From contig NW_019091361.1 of assembly GCF_001949145.1 (NCBI RefSeq), forward strand, positions 3,001,854 to 3,065,853: 64,000 bases of DNA, given 5' to 3'. Source of the stretch: Acanthaster planci. Lineage: Eukaryota. A program made the position numbers and the translations under genes. Under the pieces are notes generated by a model. That model saw only the letters and a program-made list of their open reading frames with translations. It did not search any database and was not told the DNA's origin. This document shows positions 39,067-50,200 of this stretch, piece after piece. How positions within the stretch are numbered: position 1 is the stretch's first letter; each line of letters begins with the position of its first letter.

Positions 39067-42000
39067 ATGCAAGCCTTGCGATTAGCAGACCGAAGAAAAA
39101 TATTACTCGAGGGAAATGCATACCAGAAACTGTGGATCCTGTTTGCTGTCCTTTCCGTCCACTGGCAGTTCCACTCCCCGTCTGGTATTTTGGCAGGCAA
39201 TTTGAACCGCAGACGGGAAGCCTACCGGCGTGCTTGCGGCGTAAACAGGAAGAGACCCGGCCAGCCAGAAACACTTATATATTGCAGTAAATGTTTCGAT
39301 AGCATTTCATTGATAAGTGGTCGACGTAATCTGACGTCTTGCAGTTTCAGGCCAGTGTATTTGTGCCCCTGGTCGTACAACAAGGTAGAGTGTGCTGTCC
39401 TTCATTTAATATTCAATGGAGTTAACAACCCTGATTGTCAAGATTGTCTTCGTTTGCCTTGTTTTCCACAAAGGTAAGATTAACGCAAAGGGTTTTTTAT
39501 GTAAGAATAAATTACAAAACGAGGGTTAATTTTTATTCCCATATTCACAGAAAAAAGGTAAGTTTTGGATGCGGAATGCGTTATAATAATAGACTGTATA
39601 CAGCCTATCCGCGCGCATTTGGGTATTCGTCGACCTCAATTTTTTTTTACGTCGGCTGTATTTAGTCCTTTTTTTCGATGTCAATTCTCTGTTTACACCT
39701 TATTCAACACCTGGTGAACTCGTCCATATCGAGTATTGGCTGTTGTTTAAATAGATTTTCAATTGTCCTATTCTAAGGCCGCAAGGCCCAAGCGGGTTCT
39801 GCAAATACTTGAAAGTGACTTAGGCTGTCTCAGGCCTACTTTATGTATGTGCACTTTGTTCTTCCATCATCACTGAGGAATGAGAAGTGACTCTGGCCTT
39901 TGACAGACTGTGAGACAAGACTATGCATGCATGATTATATTTATTATTTAAGATTGAGAGCGATTAACCTTTTGTTTCCCGCCACTGCAGCCAAGGCAAT
40001 CTTCGAAATCTGTGACTTTGAAACCGACGATGATGCACTTTGTGGATACGTCCAAGACATTGACGACGATTTCGATTGGCAGTTAAGACAGGGAGGCACG
40101 CCCACGCCGGGTACTGGGCCGTCCTACGACCACACCCTAGGAGTCAACTCCACTGGTACGATGAGATAACTTTTTCCTTATTTCTTCTTACTCTATTTCC
40201 GGCATTCTGCGGTTTTATGAAGCCCCACAAATATCGAATTTCTATTATTTGACGGGGCTATGTAGAAAACTCAGAAGTCTAAACAGCTGGATAAAATTCA
40301 GTATTGTGTTGGATTTTAACGGCCAACGCACTGCACAACTAAAAATCTCATGTCATTTATCTCATTGACGGATGTTTAAATGAAAGAAAGGACTGTCGAA
40401 GACAAAGCCAAAGACGGTCCTCGTTAGAGAGCAACTCTAAGGAAACATGTTTTCTTTGCTTTTTATCTGTTCAAATAAATTGGAGAACATCCTAGTCAAA
40501 CGCACTGTCGTTTGTTTTCAGAGCTCAACCATAACAAGCTAAAAGGGGCTTTTTCCTGTTCATGCAAAGATGCGAATTCTGAACATGCTGAATGAAGATT
40601 GCGTCAATCTGAAAAAACAGGGAAAACGAGGGGAACCCTCACCCTGTGTTCATAGTAGACAACCCCTTGGCCATTGCTTGGCGTGCACAAGAGAATTATT
40701 CACTACGAACACAAGGTGAGGGTTCCCCTCGTTTTATATGTTTTCTCAGAATGACGCAATCTACATTCAGAATTTGCATCTTGGCATGAACAGAAAAAGC
40801 CCTTTTTAGCTTGTTATAGTTGAGGTCTGAAGACAAATGACACTGCTTTCGATTTCTATGCTTCCCTATTTATTTGAACAGATAAAATCAGAAAAAAAAC
40901 ATGTTTTCCTTAGAGTTGCTCTTTCAATAAAATGCAAGAGGCTCGTCACAGTGCACGTCAGTGAGGAGCTTGTACACATGACGTAGTTGCACCACGTAAC
41001 AAGAGCACAACCTCTTTCAAAGTCCAGCTCAGCACGTGCGCATTTAGCAGTCTCAGCTACGTGTCTCAGTGCGCCAGTCGGTTTTGAAGGCAAAATGTAT
41101 ATTTTTTCCCTGTAATTTCCTTCAACCATTTGCCCCAACAGGTCACTACTTGTACATCGAAGCCTCTGGTCCGGGCGTCTGGGACGTGGCTCGCCTCCTC
41201 AGCCCGACCCACGGGCCTTCCCCAGGCTTCTGTCTCCGCTTCTTCTACCACATGCACGGCGAACACGCGGGCCGTCTGAGCGTTCGCCTACGGAGCGGAG
41301 GCGAGTTGGCCACAGAAGCCCTGTGGACACGAAAGGGAGACCACGGGGACGAGTGGATGGAGGCCGTGGTTGAGGGCCGTTCGTCGTCCGATTTCGAGGT
41401 AACAACCTGGTTATCGTAATACCTTTTCCACTTGAAGTGAAAGTGACAACATTTTGTAATTTCACTATTATTATTGCTTTGCCACTGACTTTGAACTGAT
41501 CATTGCTCAGCACGCACTCCGGTCTGGAAAGAGTTCTAGAAAGGGACAACACTTGATACCCCTGTGTACAAACCTATGAGACTTATCTGAAAAAAAACTG
41601 TTTTCTAAATAATTGTTTTGAAATTTTCTTAGTTAAATTTCACTTTGTACAACATGTTATCACATTCTGACCGCTGTTATAATATTTCAACATTTGTAAC
41701 ATTTAACATTTTAAGGAAAAATTAGTGTTAGATGAAACTCCTTCCATCGAGAATATCAGCACTGCCGAGAATGTTTAGCATTTTCTCAGAGTCCTGTATT
41801 TAAATCATCATCATGTTTCTCAAGAAAATGTTTCTCTGCACACTTGTGACATAACCTCTGCGAAGTCGCTGTCATCAGTGCTTAATGACCGAGATAATGA
41901 ATCCTGGTTTGGGTTGCAGATAGCCTTTGAAGCCAAGAGGGGTGAAGGCTTCAAATCAGATATCGCTATTGACGACATTACCCTGGCGCTTGGATTTACA

Positions 42001-42933
42001 TGCGGGGGACCAGGTGAGTTTCGTATACCAGGCAAGATATGGGACGGAGGGGTACCCCCCCTTACCTGTACAATCCCTATACACACTCTAGACTATTGAT
42101 ACCTAATACATCCCCCCTAGAAGTCTGTAAAGAATTCCTGAAATTCCAATCAAACAATGACCAACACAAAGGCGGGAGGGTTCTCTCCGTCCCATATCTT
42201 GCTTCAAATGGAGTTTCGTCGGTCCTCAATTATTGTAAGCGTTTATAAAATAAAAGATAATTAGTAGAAATTGTAGCACAAAGTTGTAAGGAATGCACCT
42301 TCAAGAACGCTCAATAGGAATATCTTGTCATTAGTCACGACAAAGTAGTATTCTATCAAACATCCTGAAAAGGGAAACTGAGCGTGCACTTCGAATTCTA
42401 TAATTCCTGGAGATACAGCCTCGAATAAAATGGAGAAATATGCATGGTGAGGTCAAGAGCACCCCATTATGTTTGGACCAACAAAATAGCATGTCATGCA
42501 GTTCTTTCGTTTTTGAAGGATCATGAACTTTCTTGTGTCTCAAACAGTCGTTGCCACGTCAAGCTCCGAGCCAATAACAGATAAAGAGACAACTGTAAGC
42601 ATATCAACAGAAACTCCGGAACCGATCAACGGACAGCAACCATTGGTCACTAAGCAACCAGAAGTTGTGCTCACCAATCAGCCCTCAAAGGGTGTGACGT
42701 CAACGCCACTGGAACCAATAGATAGTCATCTTATAATTGTAGTCTTGGTGGTGGGTTTGTCGTTCTGGGGTGTAGTCTTCACCATTCTCGCTGTCGTCGT
42801 GCTCAAAACTCGCCAATCGCGGAACCGTAAGAAAGGCAACGTGACATATGACGTCATCATCAATGGGGCCAACCAGGAGGAAATTGTAATGGCAGATGAT
42901 GAGAATCAGACTTCAGAGCAATCGAACGCTTAA
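39067..42933 (+). CDS. Single MAM-domain type I transmembrane protein, about 339 aa
   Basis: Exons 39067-39184 (tentative, encodes hydrophobic LWILFAVLSVHW), 39991-40155, 41142-41398, 41920-42013 and 42548-42933 total 1020 nt in frame. MAM hallmarks: CDFE..LCGY, DDFDW..GGTPTPGTGPSYDHT, GHYLYIEAS, ARLLSP, FCLRFFYHMHG..GRLSV, IAFEA..SDIAIDDI. These are followed by a S/T/P/E-rich stalk, a transmembrane helix LIIVVLVVGLSFWGVVFTILAVVVL and a basic stop-transfer segment. The first exon is the least certain part. Confidence 0.85.
40428..40922. mobile_element. Foldback (almost wholly palindromic) MITE, MAM gene intron 2
   Basis: Arms of about 240 bp: AGAGCAACTCTAAGG...AAAACGAGGGGAACCCTCACC pairs with GGTGAGGGTTCCCCTCGTTTT...CCTTAGAGTTGCTCT; short central loop; flanks TTAG/TTCA look like decayed TTAA. 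Confidence 0.85.
42032..42209 (+). mobile_element. Short MITE (family C) copy 1, MAM gene intron 4
   Basis: Inverted ends GCAAGATATGGGACGGAG ... CTCCGTCCCATATCTTGC; second copy at 48805-48978. Confidence 0.8.
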
Positions 42934-43419
42934 AACGCTGACCAAAACTGAGTGTCGAACATTAATGTGCAATTGTTTTGATAAAAGAAGTTGTTTGTAT
43001 GAAAAGTGTGGATATATGCGGGGATAGGATTAAGCGATATTTAGACTGAATGTCTAATTAATTTAAGGGTGTTTGTGTGGCTTTTGAATTTTTAAAGAAA
43101 TTTTAAAATGTTGTCTTATAAAGTAAGGAAATGTGCTTAATGTGAGGAAATATTTGCCCTTTTTAGTGATTGTGAAGACTTATCGCTTAATGATTGTTTT
43201 TGTACACAGATTCACCTGAGATACCCGGCCCGTCGTTATGAGCCCCCGGGCATTTATTTATTTTTAATAGAAACTATACACTGATTCAGAGTTGCTCGAT
43301 ATGTTGTTTTGTTAACTGTCAATGTCTGATTTTGGTCAGTTTTTCATGGGGGTACCAAGAACTTTTTGTCTTGTTTAAGTTTATGTTAGTGTGTAGACCA
43401 ACTTTTAAACAAAGACAGA

Positions 43420-43425
43420 AATAAA
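43420..43425 (+). terminator. Candidate polyadenylation signal of the MAM gene
   Basis: AATAAA about 490 nt after the stop codon, following a T-rich UTR-like tract and before the VPS33B upstream region. Confidence 0.35.
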
Positions 43426-43894
43426 CATAGAATTAAACCAATGTTTTATGCATATGTCGGACATCCAAATGCAAAAGCAAATACCTCAGATGCGCTTACA
43501 AAATATATGGCACAGCTTTGTTGAGAGTTGAGGCCGAATGCAATTTCACGATAGATGTTTGCGCTCTAAAAACCCTCGTGTTGAGCAAACTGATTATTAG
43601 GATACCCATCGCCAATGCATTGCCCACTGAGACATTGCTCGTGGTTCATTAAAAATGCTAGTCAGTCAGTGTATAGGAATAGAGAATCTGAGCGATCAAC
43701 TAAATTTTGAGAAAAAGCATGACCGAACAAACAAAGGGCATGATAACCAAGTGGCATGATACATATACATACAGCTCGGACAACTTAGGGTGGGTTATTT
43801 ATGTCTGCTTAGGGGTGCCGTGTTCCAATTCAGGGAAAATTTTCCGCCAGGCGGAGGCGCACAAAAAGTACCCCCCCCCCCGAGATTGTTTCAA

Positions 43895-44146
43895 NNNNNN
43901 NNNNNNNNNNNNNNNNNNNNNNNNNNNNNNNNNNNNNNNNNNNNNNNNNNNNNNNNNNNNNNNNNNNNNNNNNNNNNNNNNNNNNNNNNNNNNNNNNNNN
44001 NNNNNNNNNNNNNNNNNNNNNNNNNNNNNNNNNNNNNNNNNNNNNNNNNNNNNNNNNNNNNNNNNNNNNNNNNNNNNNNNNNNNNNNNNNNNNNNNNNNN
44101 NNNNNNNNNNNNNNNNNNNNNNNNNNNNNNNNNNNNNNNNNNNNNN
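43895..44146. other. Assembly gap covering the likely VPS33B promoter
   Basis: Run of N ending 75 nt before the ATG. Confidence 1.
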
Positions 44147-44184
44147 ATAGGGCGCCCTGATCAGCTGAGTGATCGTGTCAAAAC

Positions 44185-44231
44185 GGCGCCCTCTACTGAT
44201 ATCGAAGGAAAGAACACTAAGATGGCGGCCA
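44185..44231 (+). promoter_or_regulatory. Candidate VPS33B proximal motifs: CTCF-like site and a YY1 consensus overlapping the start codon
   Basis: Reverse complement of 44185-44199 is TCAGTAGAGGGCGCC (CTCF-like); AAGATGGCGGC spans the ATG at 44222. Motif match only. Confidence 0.3.
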
Positions 44232-47200
44232 CCAGTGAAACCATGTTACCTGATTTCTCAGTTTTAAAACAACTTTCTAAGGAGCATTTGGTTCACCTTT
44301 TGGAATCAGTGAGTATACAAATGAGTAACTATAGAGTACAGGGCTATGTGAAGCAGTTTCTTTCATTCAAACTTGTCAGAGACGAAGTGAAGTAGGCCCT
44401 AGTACTTTAGTAATGTACAGTAGGATGGGTTACTCTAATCGCGGTAGTTATTGCTCGTTCACCTTCCTGAATTATCCTATCCTTGCTGTTGTTTAACTCT
44501 TACTTTTTAACTTAATTCATAAATTTTGCTTGTGGTTCAATTTATTTTCCTCTATGATAACGCTGAATGTCTGTGTGCACACCATATGCAAGCAGGGGTG
44601 GAGTATTATACTGTTGTGTTACGGGCATAGCACAGGTGGTCATGGTGGTGGGTGTGGCATGCATGGTGCGGCACAATCAAAATCAACAGATCAGTCAATC
44701 GTATCAATTGCAATCGCCTATTGCTATCGGTTAATCCTGCAGGAGTAAAAAAAATAGTGTCTAGCCATTTGCCACCTGGGATAGAGTTCCATACGGATGC
44801 CACTTGACATCCCATGCACAAACCCTATCATCTGATCATGCCTATGAGATTGGTCTGAAAACTTCTAGGCCTAGGGGGTCCAAGTGTTTTCTAGATAGCC
44901 CTAAATGACTTGGTACTATTTTCCTTCCTAAATTGAACTTTTCTGGACATGTTTGCTTTCTGATGGCTAATAGGTAACTGTAGTCTGTAGGGCAATGTTG
45001 TATTCGAGTCCATCATAAGTCCCTGTAACTTTAGTATAAGTCCATCATAAGTCATTCAGTCTTAAGCCAATTCACAAGCTATTCAAATGAGCTGTGACAA
45101 AAGCATTCCTTTGTCATCGTTCTCCCTGTTACTTATGACTGGCCTTGTGAAGGGACTTGTGAAAGGACTTGTGATGGACTCAAATACAACACTTCTGTAG
45201 GGAATAGAACCCCTGCGTATGTCATCATGTTAGGGGACATTTCTTTCTTCCCGTTGGATAGGCTCGAGTAAACCTTTTGTGCATTCATTGTAGCTAAATT
45301 AAAATAACAAAGAATAGCCTCTGCCTCTGCCATAATGCAAGGGGTCTATGAATAGGCCTGCTGGCATCTATATATACAACTCTTTCTTCTACCTGTTGTA
45401 AGGACAGTCCAAAACAATTTCGGACAGGCAGTTTTTGCTCGTACCATTATACAGACCAATCTTCCAAGTCGTTTTTTATATCTATAAAATTTGTAAGCCT
45501 CACAGCTAACTACAGTACTACTCAGTGGGGAAAGAATTCTTTATACTAATACCACCAACTTTTCCCTTTGGTGACCTATCAGCCACGTGAAAGCAGTAAA
45601 AATGTCCTAGAAAGTCCAACTTAATGGGAAGAATTTAATAAAAAATTACTTTAAAAAGCTCCAATTTTTCAAACTAGTCTCATAGGGTTTGTGCATAGGG
45701 TGTCAAGTGGCACAAAGTGGCACAAAGTAGTCATGAACTTTGCCCTGCACTAGTGCATAAGCAATCTTTACATTTCCTTCCCAAACGTTAAGAAGGCTTG
45801 CAGTAGAAATATTGGCATTTAAGGATACCATGAGCACCAAGGGTTAGTGGTTTTAAAATTGATGTCAGTGGACAGGTACTTTATAGCCTTTACTCCAGAA
45901 GGACAGACAGATACATGTATTTTACTCCTGGATGAAGCCCTGATCTTAGACATGTTGAAATACACTTTCCCTTTTCAAAACATGAAAACAGTCTTGCATT
46001 GTATTCAACTGATGGCAGCTGGATAGATGATATCTTGATCAACCCAGGCATACGGTGCAGTGCAATCGGCGATCATGCACATCAACCGAGTTTCCCTGAC
46101 ACTAAGGCAACAGTTACCTGTATATTGTTGGCCAAGAAATGAACTTTTTTATGAAATGGAACCAGAAAGACTGTTTCACCACTTCCTGCCGGGGAGCCTG
46201 GTTTCGGGCACCGTGTGTTTACACGCGTGGCCGGGGTCTCCGAAATCAGACAAAGGGAACTGGGCCTTGTAGCAAAAGACCTTACTCAGAACAAAAGACC
46301 AGGCTGCTGGGCATTACCAACATTTTTTTCACTCTCAATAGTGGAGATAATCCAGCCTTGTTTTGAAACAGTATACCACAGTTTGGGGCATTTAGTGCAA
46401 GCGGATTACCACCGGGGACAAAAGCGTTCCACCACCGCAGGGATGAGCCACACAGCGCCGCTGCATGCTAATCTGGCCCCTATTGAAAAGAGGTCAGCAG
46501 GGCACTGTGCCAGGTTCGTGAACAAAGAAAGTTACATAACACCGCGCAATCTGGGCTCTTTTTACAAGGCTGCAGGCCTGGCTGAAATACTGAAGCGTCA
46601 ATAGATTTTGTCTGTCAGACTAGAGTGGCCACCAGACAGTAATTCATGTGGGTGTAAATGTCCATTAATTGAAATGATGAATTTGTGAAGAATTTTGAAA
46701 ACTGAACATCTTGAAAAAGTCCTGATTATGTGCACTGCATTTTTCAAACCACCCAGCAGCAAGTGGTTAATTCATGTTAATCGTGCTAAATATTCCTGTA
46801 AAAATACAAAACAAAAACCTGAATAGTTTTATGTTTTTGTGTTTTTGAATCTAAATTTAGATGCCTGAAACGAAAGATTTGGTAATAGACCCCGATCTGA
46901 TGAGACCTTTGGACAGAATAGCTGGAGCTCAACTCCTCAAGGTATATGTATGAATGACACGACCAAAAAAGGGGGAAATTGAAAAAGTATTCCATTTTGG
47001 ACCATCATAAACACCCTAAAAGTGTACCCTACATGTGTTTTACAAAGTTGTTCCCTCTAGGCTCTGAACCATTCTTTCCTTGCTAACACCCCCTAAAAAT
47101 CAGTAGGTGCCCCTTCTCACATCATTTCCAATGTTTATCATGTTCAGTGGTGTGGTGTGTTTTCCTTTTGTGTACACCTTCAGTGATGAAGGTACAACAG

Positions 47201-50200
47201 CAATATTGCAGTAATTGCATAATCAAACAAGTTGTATTTTGTAATGCAAATTATCTTTTATCTCTTTGTTTATTCCAGAGACATGGTGTTGACAAAATTT
47301 TCAAGTTGGAAAGTAACAAACTTGAAATAAGTGGGGATTCGTAAGTACAAGCCAAGCATTTTATTTGGTTCGGCATACCTCTCCAAACTCACTTGAAAGT
47401 TTAAACCACTAGTTTCATAAATGTCGCCCAGGATTAGGGCGTGATGGCTTCATGCATAGAACATAATTCTGAGTATATTGGTTCCTCTTCCCTGTATATT
47501 CATAACAAACTCTTGTAGTTACTTTAAGTCTGTATTCAGTCAAGCCCCTTTGAAGTCTATTACAACCCAATCATGAAGACGTCTCGTCTCAATTAAAGCT
47601 ATTCAACTACACTGCGACAAAGGCATTGCTTTATTTATCCCCCGTGACTCCCAACAAAACCTGTGGTTTGACTATTTTGTTACTGGTGGTGGACTTGAAT
47701 ATGCATGTAGCTGTTTTACCCACTAGCTCCTGTGTTACATGAACCTTGTCTTGCATTTTATTGCATCATATTGTTTCACTGATGAAACCTGGAAACTGTA
47801 GAATACTCAAGCAGTTTCTGTGGCTCAGTTACTGGTAGGTCAAAGCATAATGTTTTAGTATTTATCAGAGTCAAGCGAGAACGTTTAGTTGAAGCAAAAG
47901 GGTTAGAAACCTTGTGTCACATGATATTTAGAAAGTAGATGCAAGGGCGGCATCAGGTATCATTCCCTTTGGCAATAACAAATAGATGCTTTTTGCCCTG
48001 TCGTTTTTTAAATAGACGCATGTACCTAGTCAGATCTAATGTAAAGAACATCAAGAACATTGCAGGTAAGTCAAGTATTCTTGAAGGAGCAGAATTTGTC
48101 TTAATCTTTCAGCAGGTGATTGTTTGCAGTGAGTTGATAATAAGTCTTTTGCGAGTTAAATTTGAATAAAATCTAGTACACAGAGTTATCTGATTGCACA
48201 TGAACATAGGCTACATGTATACATCGTGATTTGGAGCAAGCATTTGCATAGTGACCACTCTCTCTGGAATGGACTGATTCCTTTGTGTATTGGTGCAAGG
48301 CATCTCTTATGTAACTAAGCAAAAGCTTGCTCCAAATCATGAGGTATAGCAATGGCGTCTTTAGTATGGAAAATTCTAATTGTTATGTTCACGTGATTCT
48401 AAAGAACTCAGTGTACCAGTTTTTATTCAATCTAGATGGCGTCTTTAGTATGGAAAATTCTAATTGTTATGTTCACGTGATTCTAAAGAACTCGGTGTAC
48501 CAGATTTTATTCAATCTAGCTCGCAGACAGCTTATTCCATGCTCACTTTCATGTGGATGTGTAAAACGAATCAAAGTATAAGAATTTCTCATCTCAAAGT
48601 TTCAGTGATAAAACATTTGGTGGGTTTTTTTGGTTTTATGTTTTGTTTTGCCTTTTTTTTTTGCCAGATCAAATTAAATGTGACCAGAAGAATGGAAGGA
48701 AGAAAAAGTACAAGATATTATTTGTGCCAAGAAAGGTGAGGAAACGAAATGAAAAGAAATTAACTTCTTTGCAGCAACAGAAATATCATTGTATGATATG
48801 CAAGGCAAGATATGGGATGGAGGGTCCCCCCTACGCATCCAAACCTTATAGACTCTCTAGACTATTGTTACCTAACACATCCCCCCCCGATGTCTGAAAA
48901 GACTTCCTGAGATTCTGGTAAAACAATGACCAACACAAAGGGGGGGGATTCTCTCCGTCCTATATCTTGCTTCAAATGTAGTTGTGTGTGGCATTTCTAA
49001 TGGCTTTCATTCTTGTAGTGAGACACCTTTTTCTGTATTCCTCCATTTCAACCTCGTTAGTATCCCCCACCCACCTGTATTCTCAATTAAGTGTGTTTCT
49101 TACACTTGTCGTTTTTTGTCTGCAGTTGTACATCTGTGAAATGTTGCTTGAACAAGAAGGTGTTCATGGAGGTAGGATCAATTACTGATAGACACAGATG
49201 TAGAGTAGTTGCTATGGGGTTGAAGGTTAAAGGTCAAAACAAAGTGTTGCAGTGACTGAATTTAATGGCAGACATGGGACATTTTCCGATGCCTTATTTT
49301 TCCTGAATATAAGAAGACAACCCCTGTACACAATGCCTCATCTGATATTGACAAGACAAAAAGCTGTTGATGTTGTCATTTCATCCTTTGATTAAGGGAG
49401 CTACTTAAGTTCTTAGGAGCCTGTGTGGTGGAACTTTGATGTAGTCTCTTCTTAAGCCTGTCTGAGGTCCCTAGTTTGGACATATTTAGACCCAACTATC
49501 TTGTAGTGATTACATACAAGCTGTGAGCTACGCCGGTCAGGGATCTTCATCACAGCGTTCTACCGTCCCGCACTAAGCTTCATGAAACAGCCCACCGACC
49601 AGCCCCCAAAACTTGAACATTTTATATTTTTAACCGGAAGAATTGAAAAAAAATTTGAACTCTTAATCAATTCGGAAAGAAAAACTCACTTAAAAGGCAA
49701 TCTAGAGTTGCTTAAGTGGGCCCCTGTATTCCTAGCCCTGACCCGAAAGACTCTGTTCACTTCACTCCCTCCGTTTGCCATTACTAAATTGTCCTAAACT
49801 AAAATATGGCTAGCTATAACACTGCTTACAAGTATGAATTCTGATGTGTTGCTATAGAAGTTGACACAACTACTGGGTCATTCTATAAATTAGGGGTCCA
49901 ATTTTTTTCATGTCTCTGTCACACCTGACATGATTTTGCAAGTTAAAAATACATTTTCCAATTTTCAAGAGTGATGAATTAATGCAAATTACCTGCCAAG
50001 TAAGTAGAAATAGTTTGAGATCCATTTCAGTGATATTTCCATGTGAAATTACAGAGGTCAGGTGTAACAGGGACAATGTCACACTTTTGGACCCTGAATT
50101 TATAAATGACCCTCTTTTGTTTTGCTTTGGGTTTTTTTCTTTCAGCTGTTGAAATGGATGACTTCAAGCTGGATCTCATTGCCTTAGACAGGGACATCCT

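Noticed and set aside
46139..46604. ORFs of 75-131 aa with shared peptides ([24 protein letters not shown]), also near 54641, 57780, 58970 and 62457
   Set aside because: They are translations of the family A MITE copies; frames break differently in each copy and there are no transposase motifs.
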